A DNA stretch of 64,000 nt from an uncultured Candidatus Saccharibacteria bacterium (GTDB lineage Bacteria; Patescibacteriota; Doudnabacteria; UBA920; O2-02-FULL-48-8), in contig CAZSDS010000001.1 of NCBI GenBank assembly GCA_964605735.1, positions 406,559-470,558 of the forward strand, in the 5' to 3' direction. The position numbers and the translations under genes are program-made. The notes under the pieces are model-generated. The model ran no database searches and was not told the DNA's origin. It saw only the letters and a list, made by a program, of their open reading frames with translations. Within the stretch, counting starts at the first letter, position 1. Each line of letters starts with the position of its first letter. Below are positions 1 through 8,041 of the stretch, one piece after another.

Positions 1-887
1 GCGGAAACGTCAACATCTCGGGAACAGTCGGCGATGACATGAGAGGATCCGGGGGGAACGTGCAAATTAACGCGGCGGTAACCGGTGATGTTTTTGTGGC
101 GGGAGGCACAATCACGACCTCTGACAACGCCAGCATTGGCAACGGCCTGTATGTTGCCGGCGGAACCGTTAACATAAACGGACCAGTCAGCGGGCCAGTC
201 AACATTTCCGGCGGGACTGTCACCATAAATTCAGAAATTGGCGGAGATGTGGTGGTCAGGGCTGGAAATCTGGTCTTTGGGTCTGAGGCAGTTGTAACCG
301 GACAAGTCAGGTACAGCGGCGGATCCCCGGCAGAAGTCGAATCCGGCGCCCAAGTCAGCAACATCCAGTTCACGCAGGTCGAACGGGACGTCTATGGCTT
401 CAGCTGGCTATCCATTTTCTTTGTGGCTTTGGCTTATCTGGTCACCACATTCCTGTTGTTTGCGATCTTCCCTGAGCGGACAATCGGCGTTGCAGAGGGA
501 GCTATCCGCAGGCCTTGGCTGTTTTTGCTCATTGGCCTGATTTATATGATTGTCATGCCGGTTTTGATAATACTTCTGATGTTTACTGTCATCGGCTGGA
601 TTGTGGCCATCATCCTCATTCTCGCCCACCTGCTTATTCTGCTTATCAGCTGGCTGCTAATGCCTGTGTTTTTGGGAACGCTTTTGCTCGGATGGCTCAG
701 GCGCAGAAGAAGAGAGGGCGAATCAGAAGTTACCTGGTATGGGATTTTGCTTGGGGCAGTTGTCTTGTGGGCACTTGCATTTATTCCGGTAGTGGGCTGG
801 CTGGCAATTTTCATCACCTATCTGATAACTCTTGGAGGCGTGATTATGTACTCAAGAAGGATCAGGCCGTCTTGGATGGAAAAATAA
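1..887 (+). CDS. 5'-truncated membrane protein with N-terminal beta-helical Gly-rich repeat region (bactofilin/DUF4097-like) and C-terminal multi-TM region
   Basis: Frame is open from base 1 upstream of the listed ATG at 39. Repeats of G-x-V/I-x-I/V-x-G and C-terminal hydrophobic helices. Stop TAA at 885-887. Confidence 0.5.
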   Translation, partial: GNVNISGTVGDDMRGSGGNVQINAAVTGDVFVAGGTITTSDNASIGNGLYVAGGTVNINGPVSGPVNISGGTVTINSEIGGDVVVRAGNLVFGSEAVVTGQVRYSGGSPAEVESGAQVSNIQFTQVERDVYGFSWLSIFFVALAYLVTTFLLFAIFPERTIGVAEGAIRRPWLFLLIGLIYMIVMPVLIILLMFTVIGWIVAIILILAHLLILLISWLLMPVFLGTLLLGWLRRRRREGESEVTWYGILLGAVVLWALAFIPVVGWLAIFITYLITLGGVIMYSRRIRPSWMEK

Positions 888-915
888 AAAAAGGACGAAC
901 GAATCGTCCTATAAG
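881..915. terminator. Bidirectional rho-independent terminator between convergent genes
   Basis: Hairpin AGGACGAACGAATCGTCCT (892-910) flanked by an A-run upstream, which reads as a T-run on the minus strand. Confidence 0.55.
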
Positions 916-1460
916 GTAAAGTGGCGTTTGTTATTTTCGGCAACCATCTGCCAGTCATGCTTGCCGAAGTAGGAGTTCTGAACCCTGACCTGATGAAGCA
1001 AATCGATGATTTGGGGGAAACAGTCTGCCAGTTCTTGGTATATAAACCGATAGGAACTGTCTTCCCCCACTCTCTGGTAGGCCCACCTACCCAGCGCTGC
1101 GAACTGCTTTGCGGAAACAATCACTCGGTTGAAGCGATCCGGATAGTATCCGGACATAAACAACGCACAATCACCAACACTCTTCAGCTTGAGAAATTCC
1201 GAATGTTTGTTTGCTGGAACAGCCCAATCCTGAACCCCAACTTGCAGGCGAGATTCCAAACGGCGATTAAACTCCTCTGCGAGCATCAAAGACTGCAGTA
1301 GATTCACCACGTAGAACTCGGCGTTATCACTCAACTTAACTCCGGTGTGTTCCGCTGCCTGCGCAACCTGCGAGCAGAAAAACTCCATTGGGAATTGTAT
1401 GATTTGAACCCTGCTCTGGTCCATGACATCCTCCTGATTGGAATATAAAAACTGTAACAA
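909..1460 (-). CDS. hypothetical protein
   Basis: 183-aa ORF with no recognisable motif. Terminator hairpin immediately downstream. Confidence 0.45.
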   Translation of the reverse strand: MLQFLYSNQEDVMDQSRVQIIQFPMEFFCSQVAQAAEHTGVKLSDNAEFYVVNLLQSLMLAEEFNRRLESRLQVGVQDWAVPANKHSEFLKLKSVGDCALFMSGYYPDRFNRVIVSAKQFAALGRWAYQRVGEDSSYRFIYQELADCFPQIIDLLHQVRVQNSYFGKHDWQMVAENNKRHFTL

Positions 1461-1527
1461 TATTGCTTGCTCCTGTCAAAATAAAAAACCTGGTCACTTA
1501 AGACGCAGGTAAGTAGAGGCAGGTAAG

Positions 1528-1776
1528 TCATGAACGTTTCACTGTCTTCCAGGCAACCAGCAAGTCGATGCAGAATCCGATAATCGTAAACTGCAGAAGG
1601 CTGAGCGGAAGCAGTGTGTTGATTGTGCTGTTGGAAGGTACAACCATCACGACTGGAGCGAAGATGAACTGGTAGACATCTATCCCCCAACGGTAGCCCA
1701 ACGCAACTGCCACAACGCAGAAAAAGAGCAACACCGCCCCTAATACTGTCATCCCAACAGTGTTGGCACATCTCAT
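1528..1776 (-). CDS. small membrane protein (hypothetical)
   Basis: Hydrophobic ORF. Internal Met (MRCANTV) gives an ATGA overlap (1773-1776) with the upstream gene's stop, consistent with translational coupling. Confidence 0.4.
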   Translation of the reverse strand: MRCANTVGMTVLGAVLLFFCVVAVALGYRWGIDVYQFIFAPVVMVVPSNSTINTLLPLSLLQFTIIGFCIDLLVAWKTVKRS

Positions 1777-2228
1777 GATGCCTTTGCCTCCTGGTTGGTA
1801 GCCAAAAACTGCTCGATTGAGCAAATCACTTCACGGGCGACAAACGCCCAGTCGAACTGCCGGCACTTCTCCACCTCAAGCTTGGTCGGGTTGACCCACC
1901 TGGCGCGGTTAATAGAATTGCAGTTCTTCAGGAAAGTAGCCAGCTCCGCGCAAGAATACATCTTCACGAAAAACGTGATGTGCAGATATTCGCGGCGGTC
2001 GTAACGGTCGTACTTGTCGGTTATAACCCGTATCGAGTATTCAACCCCGCAGACGTTGCCACTTGACCTGTACGGCCTGAAGGCTAAGTAAATCCAGGGG
2101 CTTGCGCCAATACAGGCGAAGATTGCGACCACCAACATGGCATACTGGGCCGACAGCAAATCCATCACTCCTCCTGAACTATTGAAATTATCAGACGCCA
2201 GAATAGCAGGTTTTTTGAGCGAAGTCAA
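1773..2228 (-). CDS. hypothetical membrane-anchored protein (N-terminal TM helix plus soluble domain)
   Basis: 151-aa ORF with an N-terminal hydrophobic helix, coupled to the downstream small ORF. Confidence 0.4.
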   Translation of the reverse strand: MTSLKKPAILASDNFNSSGGVMDLLSAQYAMLVVAIFACIGASPWIYLAFRPYRSSGNVCGVEYSIRVITDKYDRYDRREYLHITFFVKMYSCAELATFLKNCNSINRARWVNPTKLEVEKCRQFDWAFVAREVICSIEQFLATNQEAKAS

Positions 2229-2285
2229 TGATAGTGGACTGTTTTTGTCAAAGAAAAAAGCCAGAGTTAAAATCTCTGGCGTGTT

Positions 2286-2555
2286 CTACCCCTCCAATCC
2301 TCTCTTGCGTTTTCGGAGTCTCTGGTCTTGTACAATAGCGATGGCGTTTCCTTCCGGGTTCGTGGAATCAAGCTCCAGAAGCTGCCCGTCACTCATCTTA
2401 AGACGCAACCGGCCTGGTTCCCTGTGAGGCAAAAAGTTTTCGCCTCCGAAAAAACGAGCCACGATTTTTCGTGCCCTTAGACTCCCCAGGCTGTAGCCAG
2501 CTGCTGGCAAAACCAGACAAAGCGCTATCAAAAGCCAAAGCGGAACCGTAACCAT
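2286..2555 (-). CDS. small membrane-anchored protein (hypothetical)
   Basis: 89-aa ORF with an N-terminal TM helix and a basic C-terminus. Confidence 0.4.
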   Translation of the reverse strand: MVTVPLWLLIALCLVLPAAGYSLGSLRARKIVARFFGGENFLPHREPGRLRLKMSDGQLLELDSTNPEGNAIAIVQDQRLRKRKRGLEG

Positions 2556-2658
2556 TCAGACCTCCTGAAAAAATGTAAGTGAACGATAGGGAATAATAGC
2601 ATTACCGGGCGTTTAGGTCAACGACACAAAATACCCAGTACTTGCTGAGTGATGAATG

Positions 2659-2682
2659 TTAAAAACCCGCACTAAGCGGGTC
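2659..2682 (-). terminator. rho-independent terminator at the left edge of the AT-rich island
   Basis: Hairpin ACCCGCACTAAGCGGGT (2665-2681), followed on the minus strand by a U-run, directly after the stop of the 2683..3072 gene. Confidence 0.55.
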
Positions 2683-3072
2683 TTAAGTTTTATATTCATC
2701 TTTCCCTAGCACTTCTGCTGGAACAATTTGTGCTTTCACCTTACTTTCACCTAAAATTTTCAACTTGGTTAATCTATGAACGCCGTCTAGAATTACCCAT
2801 CTGTCATTATAATAAGTCACTAATATCGGATAACTGGTATCCGAATTCATTGTACGTTGGTAATGTGTGGCCGAACCCTCAATCTTGTTTATAACATTGT
2901 TCGGTGTAAGGTTCCAATCATCAGTATCATCCTTATCCCAAACCGGCATATCCAAATGCCACTCCAAGTCTTTTACATCAAATTCTTTTACTTCAAGCGG
3001 TAATTGCCTTAACTTAACAGTATCTACATACATGTTAAGCCCGGCATCAGTTATTTCTTTAGGAGCAATCAT
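2683..3072 (-). CDS. ParB-like nuclease domain protein
   Basis: ILDGVHRL motif resembling the ParB/sulfiredoxin-fold DGxHR signature. AT-rich codon usage. 4-nt overlap with the upstream gene. Confidence 0.5.
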   Translation of the reverse strand: MIAPKEITDAGLNMYVDTVKLRQLPLEVKEFDVKDLEWHLDMPVWDKDDTDDWNLTPNNVINKIEGSATHYQRTMNSDTSYPILVTYYNDRWVILDGVHRLTKLKILGESKVKAQIVPAEVLGKDEYKT

Positions 3073-3677
3073 GTATTACGGTTAAAGTTTGCTTTCAATA
3101 AAGAACCTGCATCCACCTGCGACACTAACTTTTCTTCAGATTTCTTTGCTGGCAATATCTCGCGGATTCTTTTCCTGTCAACTTCATTTAAAGTAAAATC
3201 GCCTATATGCAAAATTTTTAAATTAATTGATTTCAATGTCTCATCTATAAACATATCCCTCAAAATTCTCTTTTGAAAACGGTGTGTAAAATCATCAAGC
3301 TCTATGGCTAATAACGGAATCAAATCTGCTTTGCGAAACACTACAAAGTCAATAGTTTTTCTATTTATTTTATTTCTATATGTGTATGTATCCGCAAACT
3401 TGATTGTAGGAGCAACTGTTGCGATGGAACTAACCAAAACCTGTGGAAACACATAATATTCATCCTGTAATAATTTCAAAAGCTTTCGAAAGAAATCCTC
3501 TTCAACTCGAGTCAGAATCCTCTTAGGTACATAGTGTTGAGGATGCAAAATTTGAGCAGGCTGAGCAGGATCATTTTCCTTTTGAACATCGGTAGAATCA
3601 AAATTGTAAGGGGGAATATTCTTGAAAACGAAAGTAAATACAAGGATAAATAGCAATAGAAATAAGATTGCAGACAT
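3069..3677 (-). CDS. DUF2726 domain protein (restriction-endonuclease-like fold) with N-terminal TM anchor
   Basis: N-terminal hydrophobic helix. Motif pattern TRVEEDFFRKL...YVFPQV...IDFVVF is typical of DUF2726. Confidence 0.55.
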   Translation of the reverse strand: MSAILFLLLFILVFTFVFKNIPPYNFDSTDVQKENDPAQPAQILHPQHYVPKRILTRVEEDFFRKLLKLLQDEYYVFPQVLVSSIATVAPTIKFADTYTYRNKINRKTIDFVVFRKADLIPLLAIELDDFTHRFQKRILRDMFIDETLKSINLKILHIGDFTLNEVDRKRIREILPAKKSEEKLVSQVDAGSLLKANFNRNT

Positions 3678-3683
3678 ATTAGA

Positions 3684-5186
3684 TTAAATATCTTCCTTAA
3701 CTTTTACAAAATCATAGCCTTCTTGTTTTGATTTCTCAATGTATTCTTGAATCATATCCAGAGTTTGTTGAGGCGGATAAACTTCGCCTTTCTCAGGGTC
3801 AATTTCATCCCTGCGCAATTCTCTACCCTGGTCAGTCATAGTACCGATATGGAAAATCCTGATCCGGCCATGACCATTGCTGCTTAAAGCTTTTTTAAGC
3901 AGACTTTCGGATTTTAACTTTGTGCTTGGAGGGATGGCAACCACGTCATATGGGTTTCCGTGTATGATCTGAAGATCCATAGCCTGAAACTCACGCAAGC
4001 TATCAGTAGTGCCATGCACTCCTGCAATACGGCCAATCGTCGGCCTTATGCCGCTCACCTGTTCAATCAGCTCAGTTGTTTTCTTCACATCACCTAAATC
4101 CGCGCGCGGACCGATAAAGCGCTTTGCGTATTCTTTTATCCCTGCATTAGGCTTGGCGCCTTCTTGCGCCCATTCATGAACACCAATGTCATGCCCTTCA
4201 TCAATTATTCTTTTGATAATGTGTTCTCGGCCAGGAATAAGTGATCCGACTATAAAAAATGTAGCTTTGGCATTCTGTTCTTTCAGTATGTCTAAAAGTT
4301 TTTCAGTTTCTTCATTCGGACCATCGTCAAAAGTCAGAGCCATGACTTTTTTGCCTTCTTTTTCCAGCTGCTTCATCTTTTCCGGATTCAATTTCCAGTG
4401 GACGTTCTTCCCAGCTACCCATTCCTTGGCCCCGCTTCTTTCCATAGCCCATTCTATTTTTTCAATCAAGCCGCCCAATCCGATCATTTTCAAAGCACGC
4501 AGTTTATCTTGGCTAGGTTCAAACTTGCCTTCGCTTCCCATAACCTGCTTGGCAATTTCCGGGTTCAATCGGAACATGTTCACAATCTGCGTTTGGTTTT
4601 CCTGGGCGGAATGGAGGATGTCTTCCTTGAACTTCTTTGGGTGGAACAGTTCGGAATCTACCCAGCCGTCAGGGATGTCTGCAGAGTGTCTTTCCAGAAA
4701 ACCATTGAGACGTTCCTGGATCTCCAGTAATTTGTTAAGGAAATCCACTGAGAATTCCTGCATGTTCAATTCTTCCAATGCTTTTGCTTTCTGGTTGAAT
4801 TCAGGGTTTGCGAATTTCTGGACTACATAAAAAGACTGGCCTTCCTGGGAGGAGTCAGATGGTTCACCTTCCACGAACATTGCTTTTGGAAAGAGGTCGC
4901 CCAACTCTTCCTGAGCAGTTTCATAGAATTTCTTCAGTCTAACGAATTCCTCGTGGTTCTTGCCACCTTGGTCAAAATATTCTGTGACTGCGTATTCAGG
5001 CTTGTCAAAATCGCGTTCCTGTCCGCCTTCCAGTTCTATAACCGCTGCTGGCTCCCCAAGCTTATGGATATCAAACTCGTGGTTTTCGTGAACTGCTTCC
5101 AAGTCCCTGTTAAATGGATGCAAGTCTTTTGCTTCTTCTGGTATGTATTTCTCTGGGTTCATGTTACTACTGATAATAATTTTCAC
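3684..5186 (-). CDS. polysaccharide deacetylase (NodB homology) domain protein with large acidic N-terminal region and no signal peptide
   Basis: NodB motifs TFDDGP and HEW... with conserved His/Asp in the C-terminal half. N-terminal ~260 aa unassigned. Confidence 0.6.
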   Translation of the reverse strand: MKIIISSNMNPEKYIPEEAKDLHPFNRDLEAVHENHEFDIHKLGEPAAVIELEGGQERDFDKPEYAVTEYFDQGGKNHEEFVRLKKFYETAQEELGDLFPKAMFVEGEPSDSSQEGQSFYVVQKFANPEFNQKAKALEELNMQEFSVDFLNKLLEIQERLNGFLERHSADIPDGWVDSELFHPKKFKEDILHSAQENQTQIVNMFRLNPEIAKQVMGSEGKFEPSQDKLRALKMIGLGGLIEKIEWAMERSGAKEWVAGKNVHWKLNPEKMKQLEKEGKKVMALTFDDGPNEETEKLLDILKEQNAKATFFIVGSLIPGREHIIKRIIDEGHDIGVHEWAQEGAKPNAGIKEYAKRFIGPRADLGDVKKTTELIEQVSGIRPTIGRIAGVHGTTDSLREFQAMDLQIIHGNPYDVVAIPPSTKLKSESLLKKALSSNGHGRIRIFHIGTMTDQGRELRRDEIDPEKGEVYPPQQTLDMIQEYIEKSKQEGYDFVKVKEDI

Positions 5187-5193
5187 ACTCGTA

Positions 5194-6753
5194 CTACTTA
5201 AGTAAGAACCTTCTAAAGTACTCTCTTAACTTTTCATTATGAATATAGACATAGGTTCCATAAATACCACGTGTCAAAAGCGTTTTGTAAATATTGATGA
5301 TATACCTCTTTAGCTCTGCATCATCCCACACAGCTCGCTTTCCATTCGCGTCATAATATTTATCTTTATCAACAATAATTGCCTTTTTAGTTTCATCGTA
5401 ATCAATCTCAGGACCGATTATCACTCCTGCATAATTTAAATCATAACCCTGAATAGTATGAATACAGCCAACTTCATTAACGGCATTCTTGGAATTTACC
5501 CAGTCATGTAAAACACTGTTCCAGAACAGTTTGGTTTCTCCAATTACGATATCTGGAATATTCTTATCTTTTTTTGAGAGCCATGGCCATGCATAACCAG
5601 CAATTACTCGTGAAAGTTTATGCTCAGCATCTTTTTGCTTAATCAACTCTACAAGCTGACCAACACTGTCCAAAATTCTAAAATCATACTGTTGAATTTG
5701 CAGGCCATCAACAGGCAAACCTTCTAAAATGTTATCTATAGCTTTAATGTAGTTATCCCCGCCTTTTATTCTTACCTGAGCCTTTAAACTGTATTCCTTG
5801 CTTTCCAAGGATTTTACGTGTGTCGGAAGAATATCTGTTGGTCTTACAGATTGTTTTTCGTCATAAAATAAGATAATTCTCTTTGCAGAAACTTTAATCC
5901 AATCAAGTTCCGTAGCGTCGCCATTCATCCCCAACAATCTATTTGTTTCATCGAAACTTCTATAGTTTGTTAAATTTCTCCTCTGCCTTAATCTATGCGC
6001 CTCATCAACTATCAAAACATCATATTCCTTTTTCGTGACTTCGTTTGGCCCAATAACCATTGAGGGATTTAACCCTTTAATACTCTGAAAAACTCTCTTT
6101 AATGTTTTTCTTAGGGAGCCCATAGCAACTACCAAGGCAACATTTTTAACTTTTTGCTCAGTGAGTTGTTTTATTAAAAAAGTTGCAAGTATTGTTTTGC
6201 CGGTACCCGGACCTCCATGTATCAAAAAGTACCTATTACCATCTCGCTTCAACTCTTCAAGTATATCTTCTGCAATCTCTAACTGCTCGTTTGTTAAAGT
6301 TTTGTAAGGAGAGTATTTAAATAAATCACTGTTTCTGATTTGTACTAAATCTTTTTCGGCAATATTTGAAAGCTGGAGATCTCGCCAAAGTTGTTCGAAT
6401 TTTCCACTATACTTTTCCTTATCATAGTAGTTATGGTGCTGCAATCCTCCGTTGCTATTTTGTAATAAGTACTTACCGTCAGCGGCCAGATACTCAATTA
6501 ACCAAGCCTCGGCATCTAGTGTTGCTGAAGCATTATATTCTTCATCTGTGATGATATGAATTTTTTCTAAACCTTGTCTATCTGGATTTTTTAAATGATC
6601 CCTAGTTCTTTTATATGCATTTAAAGATTGGCCTACATACAACTCTTTATTGTTTTCAATAATATAAACAACTGGCCAATTATTGCCAAAGTTAAAGTGC
6701 TTTATTTTTTCAGCGCCTTCTTTACTAAAGGAGTAAGTCTTGAATACTGCCAT
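5194..6753 (-). CDS. GIY-YIG nuclease domain fused to DUF2075-type P-loop NTPase (Schlafen/helicase-like ATPase)
   Basis: N-terminal VVYIIEN...LYVGQS...YKRTRDH (GIY-YIG). Walker A HGGPGTGKT and Walker B/DEAH VLIVDEAHRL. Length and C-terminal region typical of DUF2075. Confidence 0.6.
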   Translation of the reverse strand: MAVFKTYSFSKEGAEKIKHFNFGNNWPVVYIIENNKELYVGQSLNAYKRTRDHLKNPDRQGLEKIHIITDEEYNASATLDAEAWLIEYLAADGKYLLQNSNGGLQHHNYYDKEKYSGKFEQLWRDLQLSNIAEKDLVQIRNSDLFKYSPYKTLTNEQLEIAEDILEELKRDGNRYFLIHGGPGTGKTILATFLIKQLTEQKVKNVALVVAMGSLRKTLKRVFQSIKGLNPSMVIGPNEVTKKEYDVLIVDEAHRLRQRRNLTNYRSFDETNRLLGMNGDATELDWIKVSAKRIILFYDEKQSVRPTDILPTHVKSLESKEYSLKAQVRIKGGDNYIKAIDNILEGLPVDGLQIQQYDFRILDSVGQLVELIKQKDAEHKLSRVIAGYAWPWLSKKDKNIPDIVIGETKLFWNSVLHDWVNSKNAVNEVGCIHTIQGYDLNYAGVIIGPEIDYDETKKAIIVDKDKYYDANGKRAVWDDAELKRYIINIYKTLLTRGIYGTYVYIHNEKLREYFRRFLLK

Positions 6754-6759
6754 GCCAGA

Positions 6760-7107
6760 TTAGAGTTGAGTGTATTTTGTATGTTTGCCTTTTGCTTTAT
6801 CTACAGGATACTTCTTTTCGTTTATTTCCATCTTCTTAAGAAAAGCTTGTTTCAGATCAATATCCAGGTCATGTGAAATAAGTAAAATCCAATATAGAGT
6901 ATCCACGACTTCTTCAGCTATATCTTCTTTGTGTTCAACTATATATTTCTCGATTTCTTCTTTACTTTTCCATTGGAAATGTTCAGCGACCTCAGCCGCC
7001 TCAAGCATCAAAGAAAGAGCCAAGTCTTTAGGATTATGGAACTGTTTCCAATCCCTCTCGTCTCTGTATTTAATTATTCGGTCTGTTAATTCCTCGATAT
7101 CAGACAT
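6760..7107 (-). CDS. MazG-like nucleoside triphosphate pyrophosphohydrolase (all-alpha NTP-PPase)
   Basis: 115-aa ORF with LALSLMLEAAEVAEHFQW...EEVVDTLYWIL pattern of the MazG/dCTP-pyrophosphatase family. 6-nt gap to the downstream ATPase gene. Confidence 0.65.
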   Translation of the reverse strand: MSDIEELTDRIIKYRDERDWKQFHNPKDLALSLMLEAAEVAEHFQWKSKEEIEKYIVEHKEDIAEEVVDTLYWILLISHDLDIDLKQAFLKKMEINEKKYPVDKAKGKHTKYTQL

Positions 7108-7131
7108 TGCTTTTATGGTTAATACTCTATA

Positions 7132-7160
7132 ACTATGCTAACGTTTGCTTTTTTTGTCAA
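7132..7160 (-). promoter_or_regulatory. Putative sigma70 promoter for the MazG / GIY-YIG-DUF2075 operon
   Basis: Minus-strand -35 TTGACA, 17-nt spacer, -10 CATAGT, ~25 nt upstream of the MazG-like start. Confidence 0.4.
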
Positions 7161-7173
7161 AAAAACGCCACTT

Positions 7174-7530
7174 TTATATTATTGGATCAAATTTCTTGAG
7201 TATGTAATGAGTAATACCAGCAAATATAATTATAATGACTGCACCCAACCATTGATTAAGACTACCTGTCTGTATTGCTACCATTAGTTGAAATATTCCA
7301 GTAACTGCCTGGATCAATGCAAACGCTGCAGCAATTTTTGAAAATCTATTCGCGCTCTCACTTTCTTTCTTCAGATTACTACTCAAGGATTTCATTTCTG
7401 ATAATAATTTTTTATTTACACACCTTGAAAGTTCCTCAGAAGCGAGAGCTGCGTGGACAGGCCCCACCTTATTAATCCATTTATGTAACTGCATCTCACT
7501 GGCTTTTTCAAGTTCTGGTGAAAAATTCAT
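7174..7530 (-). CDS. small 2-TM membrane protein (possible effector/holin-like partner, hypothetical)
   Basis: 118-aa ORF with a soluble helical N-terminus and two C-terminal TM helices. Starts 2 nt after the stop of the upstream Excalibur ORF. Confidence 0.4.
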   Translation of the reverse strand: MNFSPELEKASEMQLHKWINKVGPVHAALASEELSRCVNKKLLSEMKSLSSNLKKESESANRFSKIAAAFALIQAVTGIFQLMVAIQTGSLNQWLGAVIIIIFAGITHYILKKFDPII

Positions 7531-7531
7531 A

Positions 7532-8041
7532 TCATTCGCAAGCTAATCCGTCTTTATCACTATCAAGTTTATACTTATCTACACCAACAACTGTTGCTGG
7601 GCCCCTAAAGTACGCTGGCCCATCTCCACTACCGCCAGCACAATCCACATCACTGGCTATCGGCACACATCCACCAAAATAATTTGGATCACAACTTGAT
7701 GAAGTTGGTGCTGGAGTAGGTGCAGTTTTCTGTGCGGGCGTTGGATTTGGTAATGGAGTCGGCGTAACTTGCGGCTTTGTTGTCGTTGTTGGATTAGGGG
7801 TTGGCTGTAGAGTTGGTGTTGGCGTGACTTCCTTCAACTCAACTTCGCTTGAAGGAGTTGAAATTTCTGGCGCAGTGTTTTGTGGGGCATCTTGGACACT
7901 TGGCAGATCCAGTTGGTTGTTAACTGTTGTTGTCGATGACTACGGCTCGCTAATGCTAGCCAAACCAATAAAACCGGCAATAATTATGCTTGGGATAATA
8001 CCTTTTCTTTTGAACCATCTTTTTGGTGTAGATATTTCCAT
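7532..8041 (-). pseudogene. Secreted Pro/Thr-rich Excalibur (calcium-binding) domain protein interrupted by an in-frame TAG
   Basis: ATG at 8041-8039 opens a signal-peptide-like 33-aa ORF (MEISTPKRWFKRKGIIPSIIIAGFIGLASISEP), then TAG. The same frame continues for 34 codons into the listed TTG-start ORF 7532..7837, which ends in DCAGGSGDGP...DSDKDGLACE (Excalibur motif). TAG is a normal stop in this window (pnp and ileS end in TAG). Confidence 0.45.

Noticed and set aside
2556-2690. Direct repeats / att sites flanking the AT-rich island
   Set aside because: Could not find matching direct repeats between the 2556-2690 and 10005-10077 junction sequences, so the insertion mechanism remains undetermined.
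4186-4830. Antisense ORFs inside large genes (e.g. 4186..4830, 10465..10973, 15652..16161, 25730..26221, 28857..29393, 31326..32011, 47922..48434)
   Set aside because: Shadow ORFs on the opposite strand of well-supported genes with strong homology. No independent start signals.
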